Assembly (NCBI GenBank): GCA_010093995.1
Contig: ML992516.1
Location: 309,413 to 373,412, forward strand
Length of the DNA: 64,000 nt
Direction of reading: 5' to 3'
Origin: Elsinoe ampelina
Taxonomy: Eukaryota
Every line of letters starts with the position of its first letter. Positions within the stretch are counted from its first letter, which is position 1. Shown here piece by piece: positions 62,475 through 64,000 of the stretch. The notes under the pieces are model-generated. The model was not told where the DNA came from, searched no databases, and was given only the letters and a program-made list of their open reading frames with translations. A program made the position numbers and the translations under genes.

Positions 62475-62584
62475 CATCGGGTGGGACGAATGTATGATAT
62501 CATTAAGTGATCTGGTAGTTGGAAGTAAGAGTACAGCTCGTATCTCATCATCGTGGTCTCGTGATGCCCCAAAGGTAGAGGCAG

Positions 62585-64000
62585 CTACATGGTCGGCTGG
62601 TTCATGTAGGGAAAGTTGTCCCATAGTCCCAAGTCCAGACTGTCCCATCCTAGGAGATCTGTCCCGACCATGTCCGCTTCGTCCGGCATGTTGTTGAAGA
62701 TGGGCTGGCTTTGCATCCACATGTCTAGATCGCTGAAGCGGGCTGTGTTGATAAGGCTGTTGATGTCGTCTGCTCCTTCGTCTACGAGGGTTGGTTCTAG
62801 TTGTCCTTGCTGGGTCTGGCTTTGTTGTGGTTGGGGTTGAGGTGTTTCTGGCTCGGTGGTTTTGAATAGTTGTCCCACATAGGCATTGCTTCTTCTTCGC
62901 GACTGCATGGCGAATTGCTGTCTCTGTCTATGTATCGTCTGGGTCAGGCTTGTGAGAATGTCGTGATAGTGTGCGGCTTGGGAGGAGCGAGCGGAGAAGG
63001 AAGCAAGGATATCGCGTGCACCAGCAAACATGGCGTCCGTCTCGAGATCAACTTGGAGCTGGGCGAAGAGAGAAAAGCCAAGGATGAGGGCAGCGGCGAA
63101 GACCAGAGCTCTAAGATGAGGTTAGTAGAGCGAAAAAAGGCATGCGAACCAACGTACTTCATGATTTGCATGTTGGCGAGCAGGAGACCAGAGCGTTGCG
63201 CTTCGAGACAGGCGCGTATGAGCCAGACTGCCGAGTCCACGCAGACCGAGGCGAGTTCGGCATGGACTGGATGCTCTTGTACGGAGAAGCTGTGAAGATT
63301 GTTGTTATTGCTTAGACGTGCCATGCGTGCGGTCAGGGTGGTGATGAGGAATGGTCTAGTGGCGAGGGTCACGGCGAAGTAGTACGTGCAAGCTAGGTGG
63401 AGACTAGATAAGGTCTTTGCAGGGTTTTGAGGGTCTGCCATCATGCCTTGACTTTGCAAGCCTTCAGGGAGGGCGTCGCTCCATTTCTTGAGCTGGTCGA
63501 GAAAAGCTTCAGCTGTAGCTGGTGAGACGCCTTTGTGCCCGTAGACTTTGTCAACAATCTGATCGACGATCTTGACTAGCTTGTACTGAGCAATCAAATC
63601 TTTGCGGTCGTCAAGCTCGCTCTCGAAAAGGGTGAACAGATTGTCGGAGCTCCCAGCTGCTGGAGCAGACGACGGTCGTGCCAGGATGGCGGACACTAGT
63701 AGATCCAGTATGCGTAGGCTCATCCATGTGCGTAGTCTGTGCGGGTCAGTGGGCACACAGCGGGGATTCTTTGCCTGACTCACTGTTGCTGCCTCTCCTT
63801 TTCAGTCACAGATAGATAAGATTCTTGGTGCTGTAGACCGAGCACTGTCGCTGCTCTAGAGGCAACTCCAAGATACATGGATGCTGCATTCCTGTGACAA
63901 GCCCCGAGCATGTAAAAGGACATGAGCAAAAAGACTGCGATCATCTCAATGCTCGGATTCCTAAGCATGGTTGAGAAAGCTCGTTGCTGCCCACGATTGA
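62585..64000 (-). CDS. Fungal-specific transcription factor (Fungal_trans middle domain, probable Zn2Cys6), 3' part
   Basis: FLLMSFYMLGACHRNAASMYLGVASRAATVLGL, RTWMSLRILD..LARP, LTRPFL-like motif, acidic C-terminal tail; DNA-binding domain not in window. Confidence 0.85.

Overview
Intron-containing filamentous ascomycete DNA with about 26 genes. No RNA genes, CRISPR arrays or recognisable transposons were seen. (1) 1-18271 is the right-hand part of a perylenequinone (cercosporin/elsinochrome/hypocrellin-type) biosynthetic cluster: a CTB2-like O-methyltransferase cut by the window edge, a 14-TMS MFS exporter, a CTB7/ElcH-like FAD monooxygenase, a CTB3-like O-methyltransferase/FAD-monooxygenase fusion, and a divergent CTB1-like SAT-KS-AT-PT-ACP-ACP-TE non-reducing PKS. 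(2) 20-23 kb holds a rhodopsin-domain membrane protein and an orphan secreted Pro/Gln-rich protein. (3) 24.4-35.3 kb is a putative phenolic-catabolism block (FAD monooxygenase, P450, atypical VAO-family oxidase, two MFS transporters, one apparently needing a GA-AG intron). (4) The core genes lad1 and SWR1 follow. (5) 46-52 kb is a decaying accessory patch (tandem AKRs, MCT pseudogene, GNAT). (6) 56-64 kb is a compact cluster of FMO, 2,3-dihydroxybenzoate decarboxylase, SDR, DLH-SnoaL fusion and a fungal transcription factor; I propose it as a possible fungal counterpart of the bacterial iif indole-catabolism pathway. Family calls come from motifs and recalled sequences, not database searches, and exon boundaries were read by eye.
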